This document shows, piece after piece, positions 1-11,603 of a stretch of DNA of 64,000 bases (position 1 is the stretch's first letter; the number at the start of each line of letters is the position of its first letter). The stretch comes from Squalus acanthias (taxonomy: Eukaryota). Both the position numbers and the translations under genes were made by a program. Under the pieces are notes generated by a model. The model saw nothing but the letters and a program-made list of their open reading frames with translations. It searched no databases and was not told the DNA's origin. Location of the stretch: assembly GCA_030390025.1 (NCBI GenBank), contig CM059431.1, forward strand, positions 138,262,001-138,326,000. The letters run 5' to 3'.

Positions 1-253
1 CCGGAGCAGCATCGCCCGTGCCTCCTCCCACCCCGGCAGCCATGTAATCTCCTGGGTGAGGCAGAACAACCAGAGTAAAAAACTCAGCGACAATAAGGAA
101 AACAAAAGCTATCGATCCCTCTGCGGCCCCCTCCGGCGTTCAATAGCAGTCCAGGAGATCAGATGGAAAATCCCATGTGAACTGATAAGAACTTCCTGCG
201 CTAATAATTATGGATTGAATTTCCGAGCAGAGGTTGTAAACTACACAACCGCT

Positions 254-320
254 TATAGAATCATAGAATAGTACAGCACAGAAGGGGGACATTCGGCCCA
301 TCGAGTCTGCGCCGGACCCT
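254..320 (-). mobile_element. CR1-type LINE/SINE 3' tail fragment
   Basis: tagaatcatagaatagtacagcacagaagggggacattcggcccatcgagtc is the reverse complement of the CR1 3' end seen at 56520-56589 and 63930-63990. Confidence 0.6.
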
Positions 321-1407
321 GAATGTATGGATCAGATGTAGATACACTGAACGTAGCTATCAGGTTTCAAACCGGTTATTTTTGCTCAAAATATTTTTTC
401 TGTAATTTGCTCGTTTCGAGGTTAAACACCGACAGGGACCCGTTAGGCTGACTGGTCTGTTTTTTGTGTTGTAACTTCTATGCATTATATTTCTATATCT
501 GGTTATTGCTGCAATGTCCTTTGTAAATACAGAAGTAAAGTCTGCTTAAGGTGATGTTTGTTTTTTGGAAATTAGAAGAGAGTGAAATCTGTGTATGTTC
601 GGCAAACACAAGGAACATGTCCCGTAAGATTATTTTCAACAACTGATTATTCAATTTGCATTTAACACAATGCAGAAGTAAAACTACGTCTTAACATTCA
701 GCCGAAATAAGACCTTCATTTTTACATTGATGCAATTACGTTTCGTTTTAGTTCAATGAGCAGTGTAACCTCATACAGTAATAATATATATTTGTTGAGT
801 GCTTTATTGTTATAAATATAGAGAACGGGATGAAAATTAAGTGGGAAGATTTGCGCTATGCTGCACTGAAAAAATTACCTAGGTGTGCTTCGAAATTTAT
901 TTTGGTTGGTAATTATAGCGAAATTAACGATACAAAAAAGATGCTTGCGATTTCAGGACGAATATCAGGCAGAACAAAGCACTTCATCACCACAGGAAAA
1001 ATACGGTCATCGATTTTGCCCAAATCAATTGCCCCGATTAAATTTCATCACTGAGTAGAAAGTTTCCTTCAGAGGTTTAGTTTGTTAGATTTTTTTAATT
1101 GAATTATTAAAATCCCCAGCTTGTGATTCGTGAAAACGAAGCACTCCTCAATAATCAAAGGAAAGAACCTTGTGAACATTACATGAACGTGTCATGTTGA
1201 TGGGTTCAATCGAAATGAATTGAATTCGTAGAAAATTGTTGGAGATTCGGTGCCAGGATGGTTATCATGTTACACATTTCCATTGCCAGATTATAATACT
1301 ATAAAGAGTATTGTTTATTTACTATTAAGTGAAATGTTGGTATTCTAATGTCTGTGGAACTAGCTTCTTATTCACTAAGGGTCGAGTGTCCAGTCCTTAT
1401 TTGGAAC

Positions 1408-1572
1408 ATGGCAACTTCACTGGGCATAGAAGAAAGCGGCATCAGTCCCAATAATAACCCTCAATCCGGTACAAGGGAAGCCCTGGTGAGACGGGGAGGT
1501 TCCCAGACTCATTCACCAACCAGAAGAGTAAACAGTCCAGGAATTCTTATGGGAAAAGCGAACGCTCTGGGG
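1408..1572 (+). CDS. MS4A-like exon 1 (N-terminal cytoplasmic segment)
   Basis: Part of ORF 1348-1581; ends GKANALG followed by donor gtaaga, comparable to MS4A 'GEPKALG'. Confidence 0.7.
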
Positions 1573-2316
1573 GTAAGATGAAAGCATTTATTTTATTCAT
1601 TTATTCCTTCTCAAGTAGATCACAATTTCCATATGCAATATTTTACTTTCACAACGCCTTTGGTAAAATGGGTTCCAGTCGCTATGTTTAGCGACATCAT
1701 CAATTAACTGATGGAGGTTAGTTCCCGTCACTGCTCGTAGCGAAATTTTAAACAACTTCAGCATGATCTCATGTAGAATTTCGCTGGGACTACTAACCGG
1801 AAAATAAGGTCCTGAGTATATTTATGAGCTATAATTTTAAACATTAATTCTGGGGATATGGGCCTCGTTAGCAAGGTCAGCATTTATTTCCCAGACCATG
1901 GCCCAGAAATTAAACACTGAGCGTTCCTGCGGGGGTAAGGCTTCCCCGCGATATCTCACTGCGTGCCTACCTTTTTCCTCCGGGCCCACACGAACTTTAG
2001 ATTCAAGGCTGCAGCTGTGCAGTGCTTGTGTGACCCAGAGACGCAGTTAGTTCGTGCGAGCTCTGGGATCACGTGATTCCATTAGAGCCAATGGCAGCAC
2101 ACCATCTTTCGTTCATAGTTTTGACAGGAAGGGCTGTCAAAGCTATGAATCTTACACACCCCCAAAAGAACAGCTAAACCTCAATTAAATTTAAAAAAAA
2201 GCCATCACATTAATAAAATAGTGGTCATGATGTGGACATGCCGGCGTTGGACTGGCGTGGACAAAAATGAGAAGTCGCACAACACCAGGTTATAGTCCAA
2301 CAGATTTATTTAAAAT

Positions 2317-2352
2317 TACAAGCTTTCGGAGCTGTCGCCCCTTCCTCAGGTA
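2317..2352 (-). ncRNA. Minimal hammerhead ribozyme motif in the inverted PLE pLTR
   Basis: Minus strand reads UAC-CUGAGGA-A-GGGGC-GACA-GCUCC-GAAA-GCUU-GUA: core boxes, 5-bp stem II, palindromic AGCU at stem III, 3-bp stem I. Confidence 0.75.
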
Positions 2353-2520
2353 GAGTAACTGTGAGAGAATCTATCAGAATTCACAGAATATAAACACAGA
2401 GAAAATGCATTCAAATCTTTCCCTACATAAATCCCTTAAATAAATCTGTTGGACTATAACCTGGTGTTGTGCGACTTCTCATTTTTGTCCACCCCAGTCC
2501 AACGCCGGCATCTCCACATC

Positions 2521-5199
2521 ATGACCACTATTGACACCGCAAACTGTCGGCTGAAAGTGGAGAGAGTCGAAAAGAAGATCGCGCATATTGACACAGACAT
2601 CATGTACCTGCAGAGATGCAAGAAAGCAGACAAGATTCCGAAAGGACTACAGATCACGAACCCACTCAAGTCGACATACAACACAGACTACGCTGAGAGA
2701 CTTTGCCTTCGTACCTCTCGCACACTCCTCAACCATCTCGTACACCAGCTCTACAGAAGACATCGCAACTTCGAAACCAAGATAGAGTCCATGCTCTCAG
2801 CCTGTGCTCAGGGCACAGCAGACCAGCTACGAGACACCGCCAAACAGACGAGGCAACGGAACTACACTGCCTACATGCGCATCAAGAGCAGGAAGCTTGA
2901 GAAACTCATCGTAACCACCAGCTGCAACCAAGCCTCCCCCGGTAACACGGTAGCAACCACAGGGAAGTCCATCGTCAACCTGTCGGACCAGACCCTTCAA
3001 CCAGACGAAATCGAAGTTCTCGCCCTAGGGCTCAAGTTCTGCCCCACCACCAAAATGGACCCCATCGGTCTCGCGGCGGACACAGAGGAATTCAACAGGA
3101 GAATGAGGATCCGGGAATACTACCACAAATCCCAAGATGTCAGCAACAAACCTAATGAGACAATCAATGATCCGGAACAGCAGACAGAGGGAACCGCAGT
3201 GCTACAACCGAGGAAGAAAGAGTCAAATTGGACCCCTCCGGAGGGTCGCTGCCCTAAGCTTGACATGTATGCTCAAGCTGTCAGGAAATGCATCAATGCC
3301 AGATTCATCAGCCGTACTCACAAGACAGTCCAGAATGTCACCCGAGCACAACGCAACGCCATCCACGCTCTCAAGACCAACCGCAACATCGTCATCAAAC
3401 CAGCGGACAAAGGAGGAGCCATCGTCATACAGAACAGAATGGACTATTGCAAAGAAGCATACCGACAACTGGACAACCAGGAACACTACAGACAACTACC
3501 TGCAGATCCGACCAAAGAACACACCCGCCAACTCAATAGACTGATAAAGACCTTCGATCCAGACCTTCAAAACATCCTACGCGCTCTCATCCCACGTACT
3601 CCCCGCGTAGGAGACTTTTACTGCCTCCCAAAGATACACAAAGCCAACACACCCGGACGTCCTATCGTATCAGGCAACGGAACCCTGTGTGAGAACCTCT
3701 CTGGGTACGTCGAGGGCATCCTGAAACCCATCGTACAGGGAACCCCCAGCTTCTGTCGCGACACTACAGACTTCTTGCAGAAACTCAGCACCCATGGACC
3801 AGTTGAACCAGGAACACTCCTCGTCACGATGGACGTATCGGCACTCTACACCAATATCCCCCACAATGACGGCATCGCTGCGACAGCCTCAGTACTCAAC
3901 ACCAACAACAGCCAATCTCCGGACGCCATCCTACAACTCATCCGCTTCATCCTGGACCACAATGTCTTCACCTTCGACAACCAGTTTTTTACCCAAACAC
4001 ACGGAACAGCCATGGGGACCAAATTCGCACCCCAATACGCCAACATCTTCATGCACAAGTTCGAGCAAGACTTCTTCGCTGCACAGGACCTCCAACCAAC
4101 GCTGTACACCAGATACATCGACGACATCTTCTTCCTTTGGACCCACGGCGAAGGATCACTGAAAGGACTACACGATAGCATCAACAGGTTCCATCCCACC
4201 ATCAAACTCACCATGGACTACTCCTCAGAATCGGTTTCATTCTTGGACACACGAATCTCCATCAAAGACGGACGCCTCAGCATTTCACTCTACCGCAAGC
4301 CCACGGACAACCTCACGATGCTCCACTTCTCCAGCTTCCACCCTAACCACGTTAAAGAAGCCATCCCCTATGGACAAGCCCTGCGAATACACAGGATCTG
4401 CTCAGACGAGGAGGAACGCGATGGACACCTACGGACACTGAAAGACGCCCTCGTAAGAACGGGATATGACACTCGACTCGTCGATCGACAGTTCCGACGG
4501 GCCACAGCGAAAAACCGCATAGACCTCCTCAGAAGACGAACACGGGACACAACCAACAGAGTACCCTACGTCGACCAGTACTTCCCCGGAGCGGAGAAAC
4601 TACGCCATGTTCTTCGCAGCCTTCAACATGTCATCGATGACGACGAACACCTTGCTAAGGCCATCCCCACGCCTCCACTACTCGCCTTCAAGCAGCCGCC
4701 TAACCTCAAAAGTACCATCATTCGCAGCAAATTACCCATCTTTCAGGAGAACAGCGACCACGACACCACACAACCCTGCCACGGCAACCTCTGCAAGACA
4801 TGCCAGATCATGGACACAGATACCGTCATCACACGTGAGGACACTACCCACCAGGTACATGGTACATACTCATGTGACTCGGCCAACGTTGTCTACCTGA
4901 TACGTTGCAGTAAAGGATGCCCCAGAGCATGGTACATCGGCGAGACCATGCAGACACTGAGACAACGTATGAACGGACACCGTGCAACAATCGCCAGGCA
5001 GGAGGGTTGCCTCCCAGTCGGGGAACACTTCAGCAGTCAGGGGCATTCAGCCTCGGATCTGCGGGTTAGCGTACTCCAAGGCGGCCTTCGGGATGCACGA
5101 CAACGCAAAATCATCGAGCAGAAACTGATAGCCAAGTTCCGCACTCATGAGGATGGCCTCAATCGGGATATTGGGTTCATGTCACGATACAGAACGTGA
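2521..5199 (+). CDS. PLE polyprotein: reverse transcriptase + Cys-rich linker + GIY-YIG endonuclease (~892 aa from ATG 2521)
   Basis: Uninterrupted ORF with IVNLS, IKPADKGGAIV, LVTMDVSALYTNIP, GTAMG, RYIDD, CHGNLCKTC linker, NVVYLIRC...YIGET...RMNGH. Confidence 0.95.
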   Translation: MTTIDTANCRLKVERVEKKIAHIDTDIMYLQRCKKADKIPKGLQITNPLKSTYNTDYAERLCLRTSRTLLNHLVHQLYRRHRNFETKIESMLSACAQGTADQLRDTAKQTRQRNYTAYMRIKSRKLEKLIVTTSCNQASPGNTVATTGKSIVNLSDQTLQPDEIEVLALGLKFCPTTKMDPIGLAADTEEFNRRMRIREYYHKSQDVSNKPNETINDPEQQTEGTAVLQPRKKESNWTPPEGRCPKLDMYAQAVRKCINARFISRTHKTVQNVTRAQRNAIHALKTNRNIVIKPADKGGAIVIQNRMDYCKEAYRQLDNQEHYRQLPADPTKEHTRQLNRLIKTFDPDLQNILRALIPRTPRVGDFYCLPKIHKANTPGRPIVSGNGTLCENLSGYVEGILKPIVQGTPSFCRDTTDFLQKLSTHGPVEPGTLLVTMDVSALYTNIPHNDGIAATASVLNTNNSQSPDAILQLIRFILDHNVFTFDNQFFTQTHGTAMGTKFAPQYANIFMHKFEQDFFAAQDLQPTLYTRYIDDIFFLWTHGEGSLKGLHDSINRFHPTIKLTMDYSSESVSFLDTRISIKDGRLSISLYRKPTDNLTMLHFSSFHPNHVKEAIPYGQALRIHRICSDEEERDGHLRTLKDALVRTGYDTRLVDRQFRRATAKNRIDLLRRRTRDTTNRVPYVDQYFPGAEKLRHVLRSLQHVIDDDEHLAKAIPTPPLLAFKQPPNLKSTIIRSKLPIFQENSDHDTTQPCHGNLCKTCQIMDTDTVITREDTTHQVHGTYSCDSANVVYLIRCSKGCPRAWYIGETMQTLRQRMNGHRATIARQEGCLPVGEHFSSQGHSASDLRVSVLQGGLRDARQRKIIEQKLIAKFRTHEDGLNRDIGFMSRYRT

Positions 5200-5430
5200 C
5201 TTGACATCGTTGCCAGTCTTTCCAGCTTTAAAAAAAAAAACAAACACAAGAAACAAACCCAACTGGAGAGGATATGCAGCCAGCAGGTGTTTTGACACGT
5301 TGGACCCCCTGGGACACATCTCATTGTCTTGGCTGTGCTCTTAGTGTGTCTTTGATGTAGGGAAAGATTTGAATGCATTTTCTCTGTGTTTATATTCTGT
5401 GAATTCTGATAGATTCTCTCACAGTTACTC

Positions 5431-5466
5431 TACCTGAGGAAGGGGCGACAGCTCTGAAAGCTTGTA
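5431..5466 (+). ncRNA. Minimal hammerhead ribozyme motif in the 3' PLE pLTR (C>T in the stem II closing pair)
   Basis: tac ctgagga a ggggc gaca gctct gaaa gctt gta. Confidence 0.7.
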
Positions 5467-6740
5467 ATTTTAAATAAATCTGTTGGACTATAACCTGGTG
5501 TTGTGCGACTTCTCATTAATAAAATAAGTATAGTTAAATAAATTAACCAATTTAAACAAAAAATTAAATTTTTGAAAAAATTTAAAATCTTTTTAAAAGT
5601 TATAAAAATAAACTTACCTTTCTTTAACGTCTCTAAAAAAGATAAACCTGTTGAAAAAAAATTTAAATAATACTTAATTAATTACTTACCTTGTTAAAAG
5701 AGGGTCTTACGCCTCCTTTCTTTATGTGTAAAATCTTCCATGCTTACCTGCGCGTTCAAAGCACTAAGTGCACTGCATGCGCGTAGCCTGTAGCGCGCAC
5801 GCGGTTGACTTAGGAACCGCCCCCTTTTGAGTTCACGAAGTGCCGGTTTCCCGCGCATGCGCAGTGCATGCTGGAAACCGGCAATTGGAGACCTAAAACG
5901 CTAGAGTACGCAGTGCGTACTCTCGCGTATTAGGTCTAATTTTCGGGCCCATTTCCCCTTGAGAAAATCGTGGCGCGCCTTCTCTTTGAACAGCTGCAAT
6001 CCATGTGGTGAAGGTGCTCCCACAGAGCTGTTAGTCAAGGATCTCAAAGGGTGTTGACTAAGCGACGATGAAGGACTGGCGGATATCTGTCCATGTCGGG
6101 ATGGTGTGTGACTTGGAGGGGAGTTGATGATATTCCCGTGCCTGCTGCCCTTGTCCGTGTGGGTTGTTGAGTTCGTGGGTTTCGGCGGCGGTGTTGAAGA
6201 ATCCTTGGAGTTGCTGCAATGCATCCTGCAGATGGTGCACACTGCAGCCACCGTGCGCCGGTGGTGGAGGGAGTGAATGGTCCACGGGAATATGTTGTTG
6301 GAGAATTTCCCCCGTGATTATCGTCGTAATAGAGGCTTGTTAGTCCGGCAGCAATAACTCAGCTCATGATACATGCACGAATGTGTTTTTTTTATAACAG
6401 CAAGCTTTATTACATTGAACAATAACAGTATTAGATTTTATATAACCGTTTTACAATATTATAGTAAATGACAAGATGACATGCAAAGTATAAAACCATT
6501 TTCCCCGGCCCGGAGCGCATCCGATTGGCTCTGAGAGCGCTCCCAACCCAAAGAGAGCCATCCAGCCCATGTTTCCCAGGCGTGGAGCGACCAGCTCCAT
6601 CCCTCCAGGACACCCGTGTGGCTGTGTGCCTCCTGACCAACCCGAGAACGCTCAGCCTTGGGGGCAAACTGGTTCTATTGTTATATGTTCCAGGTTTTGC
6701 CGAGGCCACGCTTTTAGGGGTTTACCCCGTTTTTCTTTGA

Positions 6741-6918
6741 AGGGCTAGAAATTCGTCTCGGGCGTTTGCGCAAAAGGGGCGGTAGGGGACTGGTATTCAC
6801 AGCGACTGATATTCAGTTCCATTGCAGTCAATAGGACTGAACATTAGGCGCTGCGTATAACTGGGCCGCCGATGCGATAACGCCCGTTTTGTATCACCGC
6901 CCGAGAATGTCTAGGTCA
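6741..6918. mobile_element. Short degenerate MITE-like element
   Basis: Starts gggctagaaattcgtctcgggcg and ends ccgcccgagaatgtctagg; related text at 48715-48805. Confidence 0.4.
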
Positions 6919-7259
6919 TTTTTCGGACCTTGCCTATGTTCTACAACCTTTGTTTATCATTCAGTAATCGGTTAATGTTTATCATTTTTTGTGGTAAATG
7001 GTGTCTTGGCAACTACTCTCTTATCAGCCTTATTCTCAACCTGGATGTTTATCAATTTGTTTCCTTGCGTTTCCAAACTGTTTATAGAGACAAGAGTCAA
7101 GTTCCCCTTGCTCCCACATCTGCTCCAACACTAAATATGCTGATGGCAGAATGCTTGGACACCTTGACCATTTAAACGATCGTAAAGCATTCTAACAATG
7201 TGTTATTTCGAATCATCTCAATCAGCTTTCAACAAAGTTTTACTTGTCTCTTACCTTGA

Positions 7260-7337
7260 TCTCTCTCTCCTCCTCTCCCTCTCTCGCTATCTCTCATCCC
7301 TCTCTCTCCCAACCTCTCCCTCTCTCGCTCTCACTCA
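7260..7337. repeat. Degenerate (CT)n microsatellite
   Basis: ctctctctcctcctctccctctctcgc... Confidence 0.8.
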
Positions 7338-7408
7338 CACTGTTATATTTTGTATGGTTTTATTGATGTTATTTTGTTTTCCACAGTGCGATACTTGTTC
7401 TCTTTTAG

Positions 7409-7519
7409 GTTAATCAGATTCTGTTCGGAATAGTTATCATAATATTCTGGACGCCTTTAATTCTATAATCGAGATCGGTTGCAGGAGGACACAAATTACA
7501 CTGGTGTGGCGCGCTGTCG
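7409..7519 (+). CDS. MS4A-like exon 2 (TM1), contains in-frame TAA
   Basis: ttttag|GTTAATCAG...CTGTCG|gtgagt; 111 nt; QILFG motif. Confidence 0.7.
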
Positions 7520-7899
7520 GTGAGTTTCTGTCCAATGGCTGTTGTAGAAACTGTTTGGAGGAAGTTAAATCTGGTTAGAATTGATTAAATGTGATGTTAG
7601 ACTTTTTTTTGCAATATTATGCATTGAAGTGTGGTGCCTTGCTGCGATATTCTTCTAATTTTCGCTATTTTATCGGAGGCATGAACTATTCTAAACCGAA
7701 TAACATTCCCGTTAAAATAGCGAACAAACGGGATGTCAGAGGAACGAGAATTCCGAAGGTAAAGGCAGAAACAATAATGTCTGCACCCAGATTTATTTAA
7801 AATCTAAAGTTATCGAGATGTATATTTGTTTATTGCTATCGTATTCAAAGTTTTGTGGTCTGTGAATAATCAGCCAGAAAAATTATGCTTCAGAATTTA

Positions 7900-8378
7900 A
7901 GACAGTTGTTATAGTTCACCAGAATGATAACGGGCTAAAGTAATTTTAATTACGAGGACGGGTTGCATAGACTAGACTCGTATTCCCTCGAGTATAAAAG
8001 ATTAAGAGGTCATCTAACTGAGATGTTTAAGATGATTAAAGTACCTAATATGGTAGATACAGAGAAACTATACCCTCTGGTTGGGGAGTCCTGAACGTAA
8101 CCTTAAAATTAGTAGTCGGCCATTCAGGAGTTATGTCAGAAAGCACTTCTTCTCTGAAAGGGTATTGGAAATCTGGTACTGTCTCCCTCCAATAGCTGCT
8201 GAGCGTAGGGATCAATTGGAAATTTCAAAACTGAGGCTGTTCGATGTAATTTACATGAGTTTATTAAGGGTTACAGAACCAAGGCTGGTAGATGAAGTCA
8301 AGTTCAGATCAGCCATATCTAATTAACTGGCGGAACAGGCTCGATGGTTCTGAATGACCAAGTCGTCATTCTGTATTC
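7900..8378 (+). mobile_element. Decayed CR1 3' fragment
   Basis: Residual ORF2 C-terminal text (YSLE...RLRGHL...KHFFSERV...W) and 3' UTR-like cagccat...ggcggaacaggctcga. Confidence 0.65.
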
Positions 8379-8435
8379 CAATAATTATACACAGGCTTTA
8401 TCATGTGGAATTGATATGTCACATTTATTTCCCAG

Positions 8436-8492
8436 TTTCTTATTTCTGGGAGCCTGTGGTGTGTTATGGAAAAGACATCATCTACAGGTCTT
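8436..8492 (+). CDS. MS4A-like exon 3 (TM2)
   Basis: cccag|TTTCTTATTTCTGGGAGC...GGTCTT|gtaagt; 57 nt; FLISGSL. Confidence 0.8.
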
Positions 8493-9526
8493 GTAAGTAT
8501 CTCCACAATGACTCTCCATTTAAACAAAACAGTCCATTGCACGGAATACTGCTCTAATTTGACATTCTGGTTGCTGAGCTGATTATGGACGTATGCAAAA
8601 AGTTACCTTTAACTGGGATTGTTCAGATATGTGGTAACCCATATAATTGGGTGGGTCTCGAGGATGAAATTGGAGAATTGCAGTTTTGTAAAACAAGCGG
8701 ACGTGCATTGGTCACTCGTTAGACGTCCGGCACGATATTCAGTTCCATTGAATTGATAATCGATATTGTCGGTTTTACCGTCAATGGGGATACATTTAAA
8801 ACGAGTGATAGCGAGTCGGCAGCTCGTTTTATGTTCAACCCCAAAGAGTTTTACCCGCTAGGCCCAGTTGAAATTCCAGACACTTGTGCTCATTTCACTT
8901 TTACTGGGCAAGACAATGCAGACTCTTTGGAACCAAGACGGGTAGATGATAGTAAGCTAAATATCAGAAATAACTAATTGATTGGCGGAACAGTTCGAGG
9001 GCCTGAATGGTCTGCTCCTGTTTCTACGTTCCTGTGTTCCTAATGACTGTCTAGACGAGATTTTTTATGTAATTATTTAATTGCTTGTTCATTTGAATCT
9101 ACCCCTGATCAGTGCAGATTCGCACGACTCACTTTACTCAGATTGCTCTGCGAAACACAAAATAGAAAATAACGCTGTCCTCTACAAATTAAATTGAAAT
9201 AAATCCCACTTCTTCTGTTTATCTTTCAGGACAACTACATATCCTGCAATTGTAGGTTCAATGATATTTCCAGAAAAATATACTCTAATTTGAGAGCTCT
9301 TTCAAAGAGCCAGCACCGCCATTATGGACTGAACGGTCGCCTTGTGTGCTGTAAGATTCCATGATACTATTTGTATTGCAATAAATCCGTTTTGTATTGA
9401 ATTTGGAACTCATTAATGTCTTTAGATGGGTGCATTGAATTAGATTTTCCACCCAGACAACATAATGGCATTGTGAAGATCTCACCAAATTCAGATATTT
9501 AATAATCTTTTGCTTATTCTTCGAAG

Positions 9527-9607
9527 GTAGCGACCTGTCTGGCGCTGAGTGCGATCAGTGCCCTTCTTGGCGTAACCAGTCTGATCCTGTTGTTCAATTA
9601 CACCGAG
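9527..9607 (+). CDS. MS4A-like exon 4 (TM3)
   Basis: gaag|GTAGCG...ACCGAG|gttagc; 81 nt; hydrophobic helix. Confidence 0.7.
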
Positions 9608-9679
9608 GTTAGCACCCTACTCATTCTCTGCCTTCTGGTTGTATCTGCGATTCTGGTATTTTACTTTGGCTGTAAGTAT

Positions 9680-10135
9680 AGAACTGTTTTTATACAATTC
9701 TCCTTTGAAAGTTATTATTGAATCTGCTTCCACCGCCCTTTCAGGCAGTGTAGTCCAGATCACAGCAACTCGCTGTATATTTTTTGTCCTCATGTCGCCT
9801 CTGGTTAATTTTCCAATGACCTTAAATCTATATCTTTGGATACGACCGATCTGCCACTGGAACCAGTTTCCCCTTATTTTATCTGTCAAACGCCTTCATG
9901 ATTTTGAACTCTTCGATCAAATTTAGCCCTTAATATTCTTTGCTCTAAGGAGAACAACCCCAGTTTCTCTAGTCTATCCACGTAACTGAAGTTTTTCATC
10001 CCAGGTACCTTTCCATAAAATATCATCTGCACCCTCTCTAAGGTTTAGACATCCTTCCGAAAGTGTGCTGCCTAGTATTAGCCGCAGTACTCCAGTTGAA
10101 ACCTAAGCAATGCTTTATACAGGGTAAACATAACT
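9680..10135 (-). mobile_element. Decayed CR1 3' fragment
   Basis: Minus ORF text RYRFKVIGK...QRVAVIWTTLPERAVEADSIITFKGEL. Confidence 0.7.
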
Positions 10136-10569
10136 CCCTTAATACATGAATAACAGTTTCAAGTCAGCACTCCCTCTGGCCGTGTTATGGTTGATTACAC
10201 AATTAAACAATTTCATTCAAAAACAATTGAGATTACCCTTCACAGTACAGCTTTGCGTCACTTTCTATTTCCTAGGCACACACAGGCGTAATAAACCCAA
10301 TGTTCGGCGTATCAATTTGAGAGAGAAGCAGTGAGAAATCCCTTGAAGAGCCGTTCTAAGACCGCTTTGTGTTCCGATCTTACGAAGTGTATCCACAATA
10401 CACTCTCAATTCAGCGTTTCAATGGGTCTAGGGGACATCCTGTGAAGTCATATATACAGTTAGCAAGCTTGAAGTTAATATAAATCTTAAGAGAGGCAAC
10501 ATTAACTTGCTTAAAATCTCCAAATAACTAACAAAATGATTTATTTATTTGGTCGTGTGAATCATGTGT

Positions 10570-10920
10570 TTTTTTAGAGTAAATAATGAAAAACTGATTC
10601 CAGTAGCAGAGGGTCGGTAACCAGAGGACACAGATTGAAGGTGATTGGCAAAAGAACCAGCGGGGGGATGTGGCGAATTCCTTTTTAACACAGCGACTTG
10701 TTACGATCTGGAATGCATTGCCTGATAGTATGGTGGAAGCAGATTTAATTCTAATTTTCAAAAGGGAATTGGATAAATACTTCAATGGAAAACAAATGTG
10801 GGGCTATGGAGAAAGAGTAGGCGATTGTCACTATTTGGAGATTTCTTTCATTGTGCAAGCACAGGCACGATAGTGCGAATGGCCTCCTTCTCTGCTGTAT
10901 CATTCTATCATTCTATGAAT
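10570..10920 (+). mobile_element. Decayed CR1 3' fragment
   Basis: FLTQRLVTIWNALPDSMVEAD...FKRELDKY and tail gaatggcctccttct...ttctatg. Confidence 0.75.
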
Positions 10921-11603
10921 TGGTACTGCGGAGATTGAAGCAATCTTTGGTCTGTTCGTACATTCTATGTGAACAACCTGCTGTAACTTTGCCAATTACA
11001 TTTCCGTCTGTTCACGTTTGTTACGAGCAGAAGTTATGCTGTAATTACACCAGCCGGCTTGGAGCGGCGCTGTAGCTACTGTGTTTAGCGGCTGCTCCCT
11101 CCTCAGCCTGGAGTGCAGAGAAGCTTCAATGAAATGTTGTTCTAGACTTCCAACATTGCGATCAGTTTGTTAGCTAAGTGCAAAGTTCAGACTTGCAAAC
11201 TGGGGCTGAGTAACATTTCCACGCCCTGGTCCATTAATTCCCTCCCCCACACTGAAATATAGTTTCAGCTGAAGACATATTCGTGATGCCCTGTGGGTGG
11301 TCGCTTAATGTTGAGACAATGGGGCTGAAATTAGTCTGCGTTAAGTTCCTCCCGATTTTCTTTTCAACTGAATTCAATTGGAGAGGAAAATCCAGAGGAG
11401 CGTAAAACGGTCTTCCGATGCATGTTTAGCACTACTGGCAGAGATCAATTCCGCTCCAAATATTCTTCGTTGGCCCAGAATAGGTAAGCTTCTATTTGAG
11501 ATTCGCCTTGAATTGTGCTGTCGCTGTATGTACGGCAGTTCTCGTTGCCTGAAATCGTGTTATTTCTGACTGCCCTAAACATGTTCTTGCCACTGATCCA
11601 CAG

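Larger units (their letters stand above)
2221..5516 (+). mobile_element. Penelope-like retroelement (Neptune-type), full length, with inverted 5' pseudo-LTR arm
   Basis: Single RT+GIY-YIG ORF. 2217-2428 is the reverse complement of the pLTR (5356-5517, extended into 2437-2532). Target duplication CATTAATAAAATA at 2208-2220 and 5514-5526, with edges overlapping the element by microhomology. Confidence 0.95.
1900..5949. mobile_element. Non-autonomous DNA transposon (Harbinger/PIF-like MITE, ~0.75 kb without insert), interrupted by a PLE
   Basis: TIRs GGCCCAGAAATTA ... TAATTTTCGGGCC; 3-bp TSD CAT (1897-1899 / 5950-5952); an uninterrupted relative lies in opposite orientation at 32571-33331. Confidence 0.8.
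1845..6285 (-). mobile_element. L2/CR1-group LINE 3' fragment, split by a MITE (pieces ~1845-1899 and 5950-6285)
   Basis: Both pieces align by eye with the minus-strand LINE at 11915-12300 (gcaaggccagcattt...cttgagaag...ttgaactgctgca...actgcagccacggtgcgccggtggtggagggagtgaatg). Confidence 0.65.

Noticed and set aside
6293..7197. Possible solo LTR (TGTT...AACA)
   Set aside because: No matching TSD or second copy in the window; cannot be supported.
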